DNA of 64,000 bases from the NCBI GenBank assembly GCA_965112735.1, contig OZ218963.1:930001-994000 (forward strand), in the 5' to 3' direction. Below the pieces are notes generated by a model that was given only the letters and a program-made list of their open reading frames with translations, ran no database searches and was not told the origin of the DNA. The position numbers and the translations under genes are program-made. How positions within the stretch are numbered: the first letter of the stretch is position 1; the number at the start of each line of letters is the position of its first letter. Positions 47,617 to 59,292 of the stretch are shown piece by piece. The DNA is from Phaeosaccion multiseriatum. Its lineage: Eukaryota; Protista; Ochrophyta, other classes.

Positions 47617-50130
47617 GAATCATGTCTTGGGCCATGGCGACTGCTTGTGTGGATCCCGCGCACGCCGCGTTTGTCTGCATATTCGGCCCCCTGGCACCCA
47701 CAATTTGGGCGAGCTGAGCATTTCCCAGCACCAGTACTCGAAACAGGAACTTCCTGTCGAATTCGTAGTCTGATGTCATCTGTTGCTCAGGCCGCGCCTC
47801 CGCCTCTTCCGCCAGCTCTGACAGGTTCATCGTGCTCTTGGTTATCATTGCGTCCTCCAGGGACTGCAGGGCCTGAGTGTCTCGCAGGCTCAGATGCCCA
47901 TTGGCCGAGCTCTCTGCCAAGCTCTTCTTCAGCGCCAACAGGAGCTGTGACTTCTTGGCTCTGGTGATGCAGCGGCTGCGTAGGAAACGCATAACCTCTG
48001 CTATAGCCGCATCCATCCCAGGGAATGAAGATGCATACACCACGCCAGTTCCATCTCGCAAATGCTCGGGCAACTTCCAATCTGCAGCAGTGGGTCCACC
48101 CTTGACCAGACCCGCGTCTTTCATGGCCTCCAGGCCTGCCGCTACCGCCACCTGCACCGCCTTGTCCATGGTGGCTGCGATACTCGGGCTCACCCCATAC
48201 TTGCTCATGTCTAGCGTACCCAGCCGGGCAGCGAGCTGGATGGTCTCGTGCAGCTCTTTGATGGGCACCTTGTCCGGATCCCCCCCGTCCTTCCTCTTTC
48301 GCACCTGCACCACATTTTTCTCCACCATGGACGCTTTGGTTCGGTCACACAGCGCGAAGATACTGTTCTCTCCCTTCACAAGCTTTTCCAAATTGTCCTC
48401 TTCGAAGACGTGAGACTGTCCAGGTAGTCCTGCCGCCACCCCCGTGACCAGCACTACGGATGCCCTCCCAATCTTCATTGACTCTCCCCCGTCACTCGAT
48501 GAGGTACCGTCTGTTTGCGCCGTGTCCATCTCCACCTGGGAAGGCGACAGAGCGGGCGCGTAGTGCCGCTGGCCGTTCTCGTCCCCCTTATATCGCACCG
48601 CGTCCAGGGGGACCCTGGCATACCGCCTGGAGAAGTCTGCGTTAACCCCCTCTAGGTAGTACGTCCCGGGAAACAGTCTGTCGATTGGGTAAACCGGGGT
48701 GTACGGAGCAGCCGCGTGTGCGACAGCCCGGCAGTCCATAGCCGCGGCCAGCTCTACAGGGTTCAGCTTTTCCCTCTCCGCCAAGCGCCCCGCCAGGGAT
48801 ATCTTCTCGGCGAGAGCCCCGAGGCTGAATCGCGAGGAAGCCTCTGTGGAAGGCGCGCGACCAACAATCTCATACATGGTTGCCACGGAGCCGCTACCAT
48901 ACGAATACACAAAGATGCGCTTGCCCTCCAGCGACTCCTTGGCCACGTCCACGAGGCATGCGAGGCCCGCAAAGACTGAAGCCGTGTAGGTGTTACCGAT
49001 TTGCCTGCTGAGCTCGCAATTCGGTTCCACCTTCTTCTCGTAGTCTGCTACAGAAATCTTCCGCAACGCGTCATGCAAGCCCCGGTCTGTGTACGTCTCC
49101 TCCAGGGGTGTCTCCATCCAAGGCAGCAAACTCTCTAAATGGCTTGGCAAAGGCTTTCCCGCTCGCACAAGACTCCGAGCGTCATTGAAAAGGAGTCGTG
49201 CGAAGCCCTTTTGCACCAGCTTATTGTACGGCGAATGAAACACAAACCAGTCCACGTCGTTGGCAGAGAAGTGCCCAACGGCGGCCTCCTTCTTGGCAAT
49301 CAAGCGGTTGTAGCAGTCGTCCAAAGAGCGGAAGTAGCAGGCCTGGCTCAGCGCTCCGTCTACGAGAGGATACTCGCTCTCCATCTGCGGCTTGAAGAAA
49401 TCGTAGACATTGGCAGCATGCGTCGCCCTGAACTTCATACTCAGGGGCAGAGGTGCGTCCGGCCCGATGAGAATCGCCGCCGCCCCGCAGCCGCCTGCCG
49501 GCCTCGCGGGGCCCTCTGCATACACGGCAATGTCCGCAGCCACCACAATGGCGTACCTCCCATCCCAGCCGCTGCTCTCTACCCAAGCCACCGAATTCAG
49601 CAACGCAGCAGTCCCTCCGTAGCAAGCATTGACGGTGGTGACCCCTTCGATATCCGTGTTGCCTTCAAACAGGTCCATCAATACCGTCTTCGTGGACTTG
49701 GCCTTGTCCACCAGCGTCTCGGTGCCCACCTCCAACCGGCCAACGTCCTCTTTGCGTATCCCATACTTGTCCAGCAGGTTGGCCACAACCGTCAAGCAAA
49801 CGCTGTTCACGTCTTCGGTATCTCCGACAAAAGCCATGGCCTTCTGGCCCAGCCCGACCGTGTACTTGCCCGCTGAGACACCATTCTCCACCTCCAGATC
49901 ACTCTGGCACAGGAAGGGGGATTGCACAATCAAGGAGGGACGTCAACACAAGGGAAAGGGGAGGACAGGCGGGAAACAGAGAGGGAAAAGGGCAGCGATC
50001 GGTCATCGAAAACAACCAAAAGCGTTGATTTTTTGCCTCTCTCCCGATTCAAACTTACTTGCGATACATAAGTGGACGGGAAGTACACGTCTAGCGCAAG
50101 TATGCCCACATGCTCAGGGCGCGTGGCCAT
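46578..50130 (-). CDS. HMGS: HMG-CoA synthase fused to a C-terminal beta-ketoacyl synthase (KS) domain; 4 exons
   Basis: VGILALDVYFP, GKYTVGLGQ, LEVGTET, NACYGGT, FHSPY, IGNTYTAS, YSYGSG; the same exon continues into VLVTGVAAGLPG, NAACAGSTQA, ALPFDRRRNGMILG, YFSHETCT, NTKGFTGH, AAGFGSQ. Confidence 0.92.
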
Positions 50131-50272
50131 TGCAAGTCGGAAATTGTGTTCTCACAGTCAGCCCTCGAGAGGGGGGGGAAGCCCCGGGGGGTACGTCGCT
50201 CATTCCCGCCCGAAAAATCAAATCACAGAGAGAGAACCACGACCCTAACAGACGCTCCTCGCGCGGTGATGC

Positions 50273-52675
50273 ATGCACTATTTTATGGCCGGCACATGCA
50301 TCGGCATCCTCGTTTCGCAGTTCCTGCCTCAGGCGCAAGGCCTTGTTCCAATGTGCATCCAGCAACTGCGGCTGCAGCAGAGGCAGCCACAGCAGCGGCG
50401 CAGCCCTCTCGTCCTGAGTGGGAGACGGCCTGTATCGCCTGGAAGAAAGCGCTTTGCTCGACCAGCAACTTCAAGTGATGATGTTGTCGCAAACGTTGAG
50501 GAAGAAGGCCCAGACGCTGAAGATGAGGAGGGGGAAAGTGCTGCCATACGGGAGGGAGAGGAGGAGGAGGAGGAGGAGAGAGAAGGGAAGCGGACGCGCA
50601 CCGTGAGGAGGCTTGCCTTGCTGCAGGGGGTAGTGGAGGATCGGAGAGATGCAGTGCGAGAGGTTGCGAAGGACATTGTGGGTACGAAAGTGCCCGAGGT
50701 GGCCAAGGAGGTGGGCGAGAGGATGCCGGACGTTGTCAAGAGCGTGGCGAAGGACGTGGGAGAGCTCGTTCCGAATATTGTAAAGAAGCAAGGAAAGAGG
50801 CGCTGGAACTATGCCTGGAACAAGATCAAGGACAGGCCGTTGGAGGCGCTGTCTATTCCGTTCACAGCGGCCTTTGTGGGGTGGATAACGAACAAGATTG
50901 CCGTGGAAATGATCTTTTTCCCTGTGGAGTGGCGAGGAATACCGATTGCCGTCGTATCTGGGCGCCCCTTTGGCATTTTGGGCTGGCAGGGGATAGTGCC
51001 TGCCAAGGCAGGAACCATGTCCGCTCGTATCGTGGACATGGTCACCACTCAGGTGAGTTGTTGGTGGGCCGGGCAGAGTCCACTGCTGCTGCTGCTGCTG
51101 ATTGTGCTTGACGCGGGTGCTCGACTAATTCTGTGTAAGACTAAGCATAGGTCTGCTTCCGCTCTCGTTTGCCGCCTTTATCGCTTGGTTCGCTGCTGTT
51201 CTGCTGCTGGTGTGATAGCTTCTCAATGTAGACGATGTCTTTCGGAGGCTGAGTCCCCGGCGAATTGCTCGCCTTCTTGCGCCTGAGATTGCTGAGATTA
51301 CCTCGTCAATAGCGGATAGCGTGGTGCCCAATGGAAACCTGCTGGTGGACGCGGCAGGCAAGGGCCTCAGTCTGGAGGCACTGGACACCATCAGGGCCCT
51401 CCGGCATCAGATGATTGTGGGTCTCACCAAGGATATGCAGAAAGGCATACAGAAATATCTGGACCTCAAGGAGCTTGTGGTGGGAGAGATGCTCGCAGAC
51501 AGGCGCCTGCTCATTGAACTGTTCCAGAGGTGCGGCAAGAAAGAGTTTAGCTTCCTGGTCAACTCGGGCTTCTACTTTGGCTTCATCTTGGGCATCATCC
51601 AAATGGGGATTTGGCTGCTGTGCGACAAGGCGTGGACACTGCCAGTGGGTGGCGCTGTGGTGGGCTATTTGACCAACTGGATTGCCCTCAAACTTATATT
51701 TGAGCCTGTCAATCCTCGGAGAATCGGCCCCTTCGTGCTGCAGGGCCTGTTTTTGAAGGTTGGTTGTTGTGGTCTTTGAGTGTTAACAGCGGGGAAACCA
51801 TCAAAAGCTATACTCCGTCTTCCGTCCTCCTGAAAAGAAATACGCCGCGCCTCCCTTGCCCACCACCACCCACACCCTCTGTTCGAGCAGAGGCAGTTTG
51901 AGGTATCTGCGGAGTTCGCGGACTTTTTCGCCACACAAATACTGCGGAGCAAAAAGATGTGGGGCACCATTTTGGCGGGATCGCACGCCCCACAGTTTTA
52001 CTCTCTGCTGGAGAAGCACACCAAGCCTTTCCTCAGGCAGGCGGCCATGACGGTCGGCACTCCGATCGATGATGCCCTAGTGGGCTCTCTGTCTCAAAAG
52101 GTGGCAGAGAGGCTTCCGGACCACATCGGCGTGCTGCACGAATACACAGACGCCACGTTGGCGCTGCAGCCCACCATTCGCAAGGCCATGGAGAAGGTAT
52201 AAAAAAGTACCCTGCTGCTACCGCCGCCACCAAGAGAGTCAATGAATGCCTCACGAACGCTTCTTTCCTCGGTTTCTTTCTTGTGTGCCCCTCCAAACAG
52301 ATGTCTCCTTCTGACTTCGAGAGCGTGCTTCACCCCATCTTTCAAGAGGACGAGTTAACGCTCGTGTTGGCGGGGGCTGTCCTTGGAGCAGCCGCCGGTT
52401 TTGTTCAAATGCTCTTCTCTACCAGGTCCAAGGACGACCTGCCAAAGTCGCCCCCAAAGTCGCCGCCCTCGGCCCCCGCTGGAGAAGAGGGAACCGCGAC
52501 AGACAGCCATGTTTCTCCTCGTCCTTCGTCCATCACAGCCGCAGCGACAGCCGTGAGGGGCCTCCTGCGCTCAGCAAGATGCTTCTTTTCCCCAATCAAA
52601 GCTGGTGCTGCGTTTCTCTCTCGCACTCAGCGCATCGCTGCCGTTGGTATTGGGTTGTTCCGCAGGCTCTCTTGA
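50273..52675 (+). CDS. DUF445 (UPF0754-like) membrane protein with signal/transit-like N-terminus
   Basis: IPFTAAFVGWITNKIAVEMIFFP, GWQGIVPAKA, NSGFYFGFILG, GAVVGYLTNWIALKLIFEP, QGLFLK|RQ, FESVLHPIFQEDELTLVLAGAVLG. Confidence 0.82.
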
Positions 52676-52764
52676 GTTGCTTAGCTCTCACCCACTGGTA
52701 ACAGCAGTAGTAGCAGCATGCTTTGGCGTGGACCGCCCATTAACAGCGTACGCCATCCCCCCAT

Positions 52765-53135
52765 TCACTATCCATCTCGCTTCCGTCCCTGCGAGGGCTC
52801 TCTCTGTGGTCACAGACAACGCCATAAAGCTTCCCACGGCCGTGACTCAACAAAACCAATAGACCAATTCGACCCCTGCTATCGCCAGCGTTTGGGGGGG
52901 GGGGGGCGTGCTATCCGCTATCGCCCAGCCGGCGCGCTATCTGTTTTAGCGTGCTATCGAGAATGTGGGCGACAGCGCGTCAGGGGTCGAACCACTGCCC
53001 ACCCCATAGGAAGTATACATGCACACACCGCTTCAACGATCCACATCGCTTCCGTGCCTGGGAGGGCCTCTTCTTGGGCAAAGTCAGCGCGATAAAGTTG
53101 CCCACGGCCGTGACGAAGAATACCAATACCCGCCG
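52765..53135 (-). pseudogene. Two degenerate copies of the DPM2 3' coding end (~52765-52860 and ~53035-53135)
   Basis: Both align with 53160-53255 (CCATCTCGCTTCCGT...GCGATAAAG.TGCCCACGGCCGTGAC) with many substitutions. Confidence 0.82.
52905..52993. repeat. Dispersed GCTATC-rich element, copy 2
   Basis: Similar to 9615-9736. Confidence 0.7.
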
Positions 53136-53162
53136 CGTAGAAAGTATGCCTCCACACATTCA

Positions 53163-53558
53163 CTATCCATCTCGCTTCCGTGCCTGGGAGGGCCGCTTCT
53201 TCGTCATGGTCAACGCGATAAAGCTGCCCACGGCCGTGACTAAGAAGACCAACAGGAGGGCCGGTATGGCCACCGCGTAGTGCCGACTGGGAAAGTACGC
53301 CTGCACAGGATTGGACTCGTCCACGAAGGGCTGCCCAGCCAAGCCCGAGGGTTAAAAAGAAAGTGGGGTTCGAGGCTGAACTCACTTTGGGAGGAAGGTT
53401 TAAGGTTTAAGGCACAGCCACCTACCAGCACAATTACCCACAGCGTGTAGTAGAAGAAGAAGGTGCCACTACCATAGAGCAGGAGTAGTCCCGCTCCCCT
53501 GACGGTATTCTGAGCAACAAGACGATACAGCAAAGAGGGTGGTCAGAGGACTGCTGCT

Positions 53559-53606
<48 letters not shown>

Positions 53607-53669
53607 GCTACTGCTACTGCTGTTACTGCTGCTGGTGCTGGTGCTGGTGCTGGTGCTTGCTCTTACCAT
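53163..53669 (-). CDS. DPM2: Dolichol-phosphate mannose synthase regulatory subunit 2
   Basis: ATG|intron|NTVRGAGLLLLYGSGTFFFYYTLWVIVL|PFVDESNPVQAYFPSRHYAVAIPALLLVFLVTAVGSFIALTM matches the DPM2 signature YYT.WV..LPF.D...YF..R.YAVAIP. Confidence 0.9.
53549..53661. repeat. (CTG)n-type trinucleotide repeat in DPM2 intron 1
   Basis: Direct reading. Confidence 0.9.
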
Positions 53670-53771
53670 GTTTTATACATAACAGGAGAGGGGTCTAGGG
53701 GGGAGGGAAGAAGAAAAAGTAAAAGTAAAGTTTCAGGTCAGAGGAAGTGAAGATGGCACCAGAGGGTGTTT

Positions 53772-53889
53772 GGCCTGATTACTGATTATGACCGGCACCA
53801 GCCGGGTCTGGTTACTGATTAGCTGCCGGCGCCAGCCGGCCTGATTACTGATTATGACCGGCGCTAGCCGGCCTGATTACTAATTATAA
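53772..53889. repeat. ~32-bp tandem repeat (~3.6 copies) upstream of DPM2
   Basis: GGCCTGATTACTGATTATGACCGGC(A/G)C(C/T)AGCC-like units. Confidence 0.85.
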
Positions 53890-54058
53890 CTGTAACCTTG
53901 TCCAGGGTCGATTCTGAGGCGACCCAGGCCAGAACCTGGAACCTGGCCCTCATTATCCCAGTACCTGGAACCTGGGTCGCTCAGAACTCAGGGGCCGACC
54001 ATTTTCGGTCTTTATAATACTGAACTGACTCCTGACAGGGTAGCAGCAAGCAGCAGGT

Positions 54059-54997
54059 TTAGGCTCTTCGACGTCTTCTCTCTCTACTTCTACTCCTACT
54101 CCTGCTTCTACGGGAGCGGTCGCGTCTGTCGTCCCCTCGTCTGTCGTCCCCTCGGTACTCTCTGTCGTCCCCCTTCCTGCTGTCCCTGTCCCTGTCCCTG
54201 TCCCTGTCTCTGTCCCTGTCCCTGTCCCTGTCCCTTTCCCTGTCTCGGTCGCGACGATGTCTGTCATCTTTATCTCTATTCCTCGTCGAAGTCTGGTCAG
54301 GGGGGGGGTTGCTGTCCTCATCCGCCTCTTCTTCAGGAGCGTCTTCGAACTGTGCCTCGTCCATCCCGTAAGAGGCTCTCAGGCGCGAAAGTGCGGCCAG
54401 CTCCTTCGCCTTCTTATTCGACCTTGAGGGAGCGGCACACGCAGGGTTGGATTTCAGGGCGGGGAGGGGTTGGGTTGTGTTCGGCACACTCAATTCGTCG
54501 AGAAGCAGCCCCAGCCGCCAAAGACAGCGGGCGAGAAAACGTATAAAAGCATGGCAAAAAGAAACATACCTGTCACGCTCCCTCCTCCTGCCGAAATCGT
54601 CATATCCGTCTGCGCCCGTTTCTATTCCCAACGTCGCGCTCGCCCTGGCCTGCCTCTCGTTGAACCCACCGCCCAATCCATCTCTCACGGCATCTGCTCC
54701 CTGGAGAACGTCAGGCTTCGGTGCCTGACAAGTATTACACGACGTCCGCCATTCGAAGTTCACGTTACCGCAGTGACACGCCCAGTCGCCTGCCTTGGAC
54801 CCCGGCATCATGCCCCGTCCTCGTCCTCCTCCTCCCCTCCCCCCCCCTCTTCCTCGGCCCATACCCCCTCCCCGCCCCAACCCAGACTCCGCTGGCGGTG
54901 CGCTCTCCACACTCGGCATACCCGCAAGAAGCGGTGTCCCCCCTCCTCGACCTCGCCCTCTGCCTGCAGGCGGCGGTGGAGAGCCTGCATCGGGCAT
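54059..54997 (-). CDS. RanBP2-type zinc finger RNA-binding protein with RGG and RD/RS domains (ZRANB2-like)
   Basis: RGG boxes, GDWACHCGNVNFEWRTSCNTCQAPKP, DDFGR, (RD)n and RSRSRS tail; one intron ~54424-54569 is read through in the ORF track. Confidence 0.82.
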   Translation of the reverse strand: MPDAGSPPPPAGRGRGRGGGTPLLAGMPSVESAPPAESGLGRGGGMGRGRGGGRGGGGRGRGMMPGSKAGDWACHCGNVNFEWRTSCNTCQAPKPDVLQGADAVRDGLGGGFNERQARASATLGIETGADGYDDFGRRRERDRYVSFCHAFIRFLARCLWRLGLLLDELSVPNTTQPLPALKSNPACAAPSRSNKKAKELAALSRLRASYGMDEAQFEDAPEEEADEDSNPPPDQTSTRNRDKDDRHRRDRDRERDRDRDRDRDRDRDRDRDSRKGDDREYRGDDRRGDDRRDRSRRSRSRSRSRERRRRRA

Positions 54998-55189
54998 ATC
55001 TTGTTTGGAAGGATGGCGGCTCTGGGGCCGATCGAGAAAACAATTCCCAATTTCGGGACATGGGGCCATGTAACGGGCAGGACTGAACTGAACAAAAACG
55101 CGGCATTACTCGAAGCGAAAACAAGGAAGTACGACAACACGGGGGGGGGAGCCGGGCAGCAGTAGTAAGAGGGGGACCCATCGCTAAAG

Positions 55190-57983
55190 ATGAGTTCCAA
55201 GAAGAGGGCGTCGAAGGCGAAATTGGCCTCTGCCCCAGCGGTGCACATGGCGGTCGAGGACGAGGACATGTACCAGGAGCCCATCAAGAAGGTGGTGCGA
55301 CCAGCCGAGCAGCTGCAGCTCAGCGAGGCGGAGCTTAAGGAAGAGCACACACGTGTACTAACTGCGAATGACCCCAACGGTAGGACAGAGGGATATTCAC
55401 AGCCCCGCCTTGGGCGTAACACTACTTGTACTGGAAACGCATGCCAATCCCCGCAGGGGCGGACATAGGGTGTTATCACTGCTCACCCCGGGCTTCTCCT
55501 TCTCCTGTCCCTTCCTGCCGTATGGCTTGCAGTGCCGAATAACATCACCAAGTACAACTTTAAGGATCGCATGTACAAGATTGATCCTCCCGGACCTGGA
55601 GATCACCTTGCGATGCATCTCAGTATCGATGGTTGCGCATTACACATAGAGAGCAATGAGGCGAAGCTGCAGGCCACGTACAAGGAGAAGAAGAAGGAAG
55701 AGGCGGAGGAGGTCCAGAAGGCTGCAGCACAGGCTGCCGCGGACGCGGGGGACGAGGACCTCGATATGGTTGAGGAAAGCGGCAAGAATCAGTTCAACTA
55801 CTCGGGTGCGTTAGATACTTGCTGAGATGGAATGGCTGGTTCTGGAGTGTTAGCTGCTAACATCTCCTTCGTTTTGGTGCTTCGCTGTTTACTTGTAGAG
55901 CGCGCGGCGCAGACGTTCAACAACCCTTTGAAGCTGCGAGGCGTGGCGACGGAGCCACCACCTATGCTGAACTTTAGCAGCACAGTAGCTCAATGGGAGA
56001 TTTACGATTTCTACATGACAGAATTTGCCAAGCAAGCGGCGGAGGCAGAGGCGGAGGCGAATAAGGGACGTTCGCGTGAAAAGGGCACCGATGAATGCAT
56101 CATGGGGCCGGGAGGAAGAGAGGACGGGGACATGGTACACAGCGCCAAGATGGGCGGTGCGCTAAAGATCTTGGAGAGAATGGTCAGCCAAAATGCGGAA
56201 GACGAAATCTTCCAGGACTTCAAATACTGGGAGGATGCCTCCGACCAGTTCAGGGATGGAGAGGGGTCGCTCCTCCCCCTTTGGCGCTTCAGCACAGAGA
56301 GGACCAAGAGGAAGCAGGTAGAGTTCATTCTCCTGGTACCCGCCCGTCTTTGGCGGGCGGGCAGTTCTGAAGACTAGGTTACCCACACACACGTATGTTG
56401 GAAACGCCTTCCATTGACCCCTTAGGTGACTGCTTTAGCTTGGAACCCCGACTACCCAGACCTGTTCGCCGTGGCGTACGGGAGCTACGACTTCATGCGG
56501 CAAGGCAGCGGAATGGTGTGCTGCTTTTCCCTGAAGAATACTGGCCACCCAGAGTACGCGTTTGGTACGGAGAGCGGCGTAATGTGTATCAACTTCCACC
56601 CCGCGCACAACAGCCTGCTTGCCGTGGGCTGCTATGACGGGACGGTCATGGTGAGTGACATCGGGTCGAAGCTGAGGCACTAGTGTCTTTCCCAGAGCTC
56701 AAATGTGTTTTCCACACTTGCTTGGCCTGCGCCCACGACTCAGGTTTTCGACGTCCGCAACAAGCTCAAAAAGCCCATCTACCAGTCTTCCATCAAGATG
56801 GGCAAGCACACCGATCCGGTGTGGCAGGTTTACTGGCAAAGCGACGATCAGGTAATAAGGCTTTTCATTCTCGCATTGTAATCGAATCGTGCCCTCCCCT
56901 TGAAGCAAGCCCCAACTAAGACCAACAAAATCGCCGCCTTTTGGGCCTGCCTCCTCTCGCTGCACACACAAAACAGCCCAAGGAGCTAAACTTCTTCACC
57001 ATCTCGTCCGACGGTCGAGTGGCCAACTGGATCATGAGCAAGAACGAGCTCAAGATGGAGCCCGTTATGCAGCTCAAACTCGTCAGCGGCGTCAAGGATG
57101 ATCCAGACGAGACCAGTCTGTCAGGCCTAGCAGGTCCGTGCTACTTGTCGGGAGCTCAATGTCCTCCCCCCCTGCACAAACACACACCTTCTACAACCTT
57201 AGCCCTTCCCTCCACCCCCCTCCCCTACCACAACCACTACGAAACACGCTTAGGTGGTTGCTGCTTTGACTTCAATAGCCACAGCGAGCACTTGTTCATC
57301 GTTGGGACTGAAGAGGGCAAGATCCACAAATGCAGCAAGGCCTACAGTGGGCAGTACCTCAAGACGTACAAGGGCCACAACATGGCTGTGTACACGCTCA
57401 AGTGGAATCCCTTCCACCCTCGGGTCTTCATCTCGTGCAGTGCGGATTGGACCGTCAAGCTCTGGGACCACAACCTGCCCTACCCAATCATGTCCTTCGA
57501 TCTGGGCAATGCGGTGGGAGACGTGGCGTGGAGCCCTTTCTCGAGCACAGTTTTCGCCGCAGTCACCAGCGACGGCAAGGTAAGCGCGAACCCAAGGAAT
57601 GTCGGGCACCATTCAGTCCAATAGTGAGTCTTGCACTAAACTGCCCCGCGTCTCCCCTTCCCTCCCTCCCTTCATCCCTTCCATTGTACGCTCCAAAGGT
57701 CCATGTATTCGACCTCGCAGAGAACAAGCACGAGCCATTGTGCGAGCAGAAGGTCGTGAAGCGCAGCAAGCTCACACACGTGTGCTTCAATCAAAGGTAT
57801 CCCATTGTCATTGTGGGCGACGACCGCGGGGGGGTGAATTCTCTCAAGCTGAGCCCCAATCTTCGAAAAGTGCACGAGCCGAGAGACGAAGAAGGAAAGC
57901 TCATCGAGCATGACCCCATCCAGCTGCAGATCGACAAGATGGAGCGGCTCTTGACCGTGGCGGACACCAAGCCCATGAACTGA
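55190..57983 (+). CDS. DNAI1: Outer-arm dynein intermediate chain 1 (IC78-type)
   Basis: LKEEHTRVLTANDPN, NQFNYS|ERAAQTFNNP, KILERMVSQN, LLPLWRF, TALAWNPDYPDLFAVAYGSYDF, KHTDPVWQVYW, GTEEGKIHKCSKAYS, SLKLSPNLRK. Confidence 0.92.
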
Positions 57984-58006
57984 TGATATGATAAAAACGC
58001 TGCACA

Positions 58007-59292
58007 TTAAGACACAGCCCGGTCTTGTTTGGCCCTCTTCCTTGCAGCAGCTCTCTCCTTTGCAGCAAGAATCGTCGCTTCAGTCTTTGCCTTGTCCCTC
58101 TGAGTATCCCTCTCGAGCTCACCAGTCGCTCTCTGTTCATTTCGAACGGTATCTTCAGCAGGGTGGTCGTCCCCGCCCGCCGCTCCGCCCCCATCTTCCT
58201 CTCTCGCGCGCTTATTTTGGCTGACATGTCCCTCTCCCTCTTGACCTGGGGACGTTGTCGAGGGCAAATTGTCGCCAGTTGCTCCTTTCTCCCCGACTCC
58301 ATACTCGAGCGTCGCTGTATTCCTGTCAGACCCTACAGTGAAGGCACTTGTGGCGTTGGAAACGCTTGCCCCAGTCGCAATGTTCCTATTAAAGTTCAAG
58401 TAGAAGCTATCCATGCCGGCCTAGAGAGGCAGGGTATGGATATGGGGAGGGAACAGCAGGTACGTAGAGCCAGGGCGACAGAGGGTGAGAAAGACATGTC
58501 ATCTTTGGACAGAGGGGAGGTCGCGAGGGGCAGAGGGGATGAAGGACGGCTAGATCAGCCGTTGAGTCCCGAGCGTCAGCCCCTATTTCCCTTCTTAATT
58601 CCCGCTCTCCCCTTTCCTTCACCTGGTCGACTGACGTCCTCTCCTCCTCCTTTTCTTGGTTCTTCTCTTGCAGGTCCCACTTGCGCATTTCTTTCAGCTT
58701 CTTCTTGTACGACTCGGTAACGTACACTTCGCTAGAGGCGCCGATCTCCTCATCTTGAGCCTCCCTCTCCTTCAACAGCTTTCGCTCGTAAGCCTTTTCG
58801 TTCTGCACCTCCCGCATTTTGGCCTGTGGAGAGGAAAAGCGAGGATTCATCTTTGAGTGTCGCAGTTGAAAAAGCTGCCAGCGTGTTTCGAAGAGTACCA
58901 ACCTGTTTCAGTAAGCTGCCAATATACTTGGACTGCTTCCTCTCCTCCTTGGCTGCCTCCGCAGAGGCCTCCTGCTTCTCCGCCCTCTTGCCCTGCATCT
59001 CGTCGTAAACCTCGTCATAATCGTAGATCCCCCCACCCCCCCCCTCGGCAGCAGGGTGCGCCTCTCGATGCTTCTCCTTGGCCTCTCTGCGCGCGTTCGC
59101 CTCCCGAAGTCTTTTGTTGACAGCGGCAACAGACGAATGGTCTTCCTCATCATCATCATCATCGTCACTTCCGCCACCAAAGGCTGAGGCCGAAGGGCGC
59201 GAGCGGGCTGGGAGTGGCTTCTTTTGCCCCAACCTCCGCTGCGTGGAGCTCCCGACCAGCCCATACACCTTCCCTGGCTTATTGCCAACCAT
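58007..59292 (-). CDS. NSRP1: Nuclear speckle splicing regulatory protein 1 / CCDC55 (DUF2040)
   Basis: YGL, SAFG.SDDDD, IYDYDEVYDEM, SKYIGSLLKQ|A, ERKLLKERE, VYVTESYKKKL, MDSFYLNF, AAKERAAARK. Confidence 0.85.
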
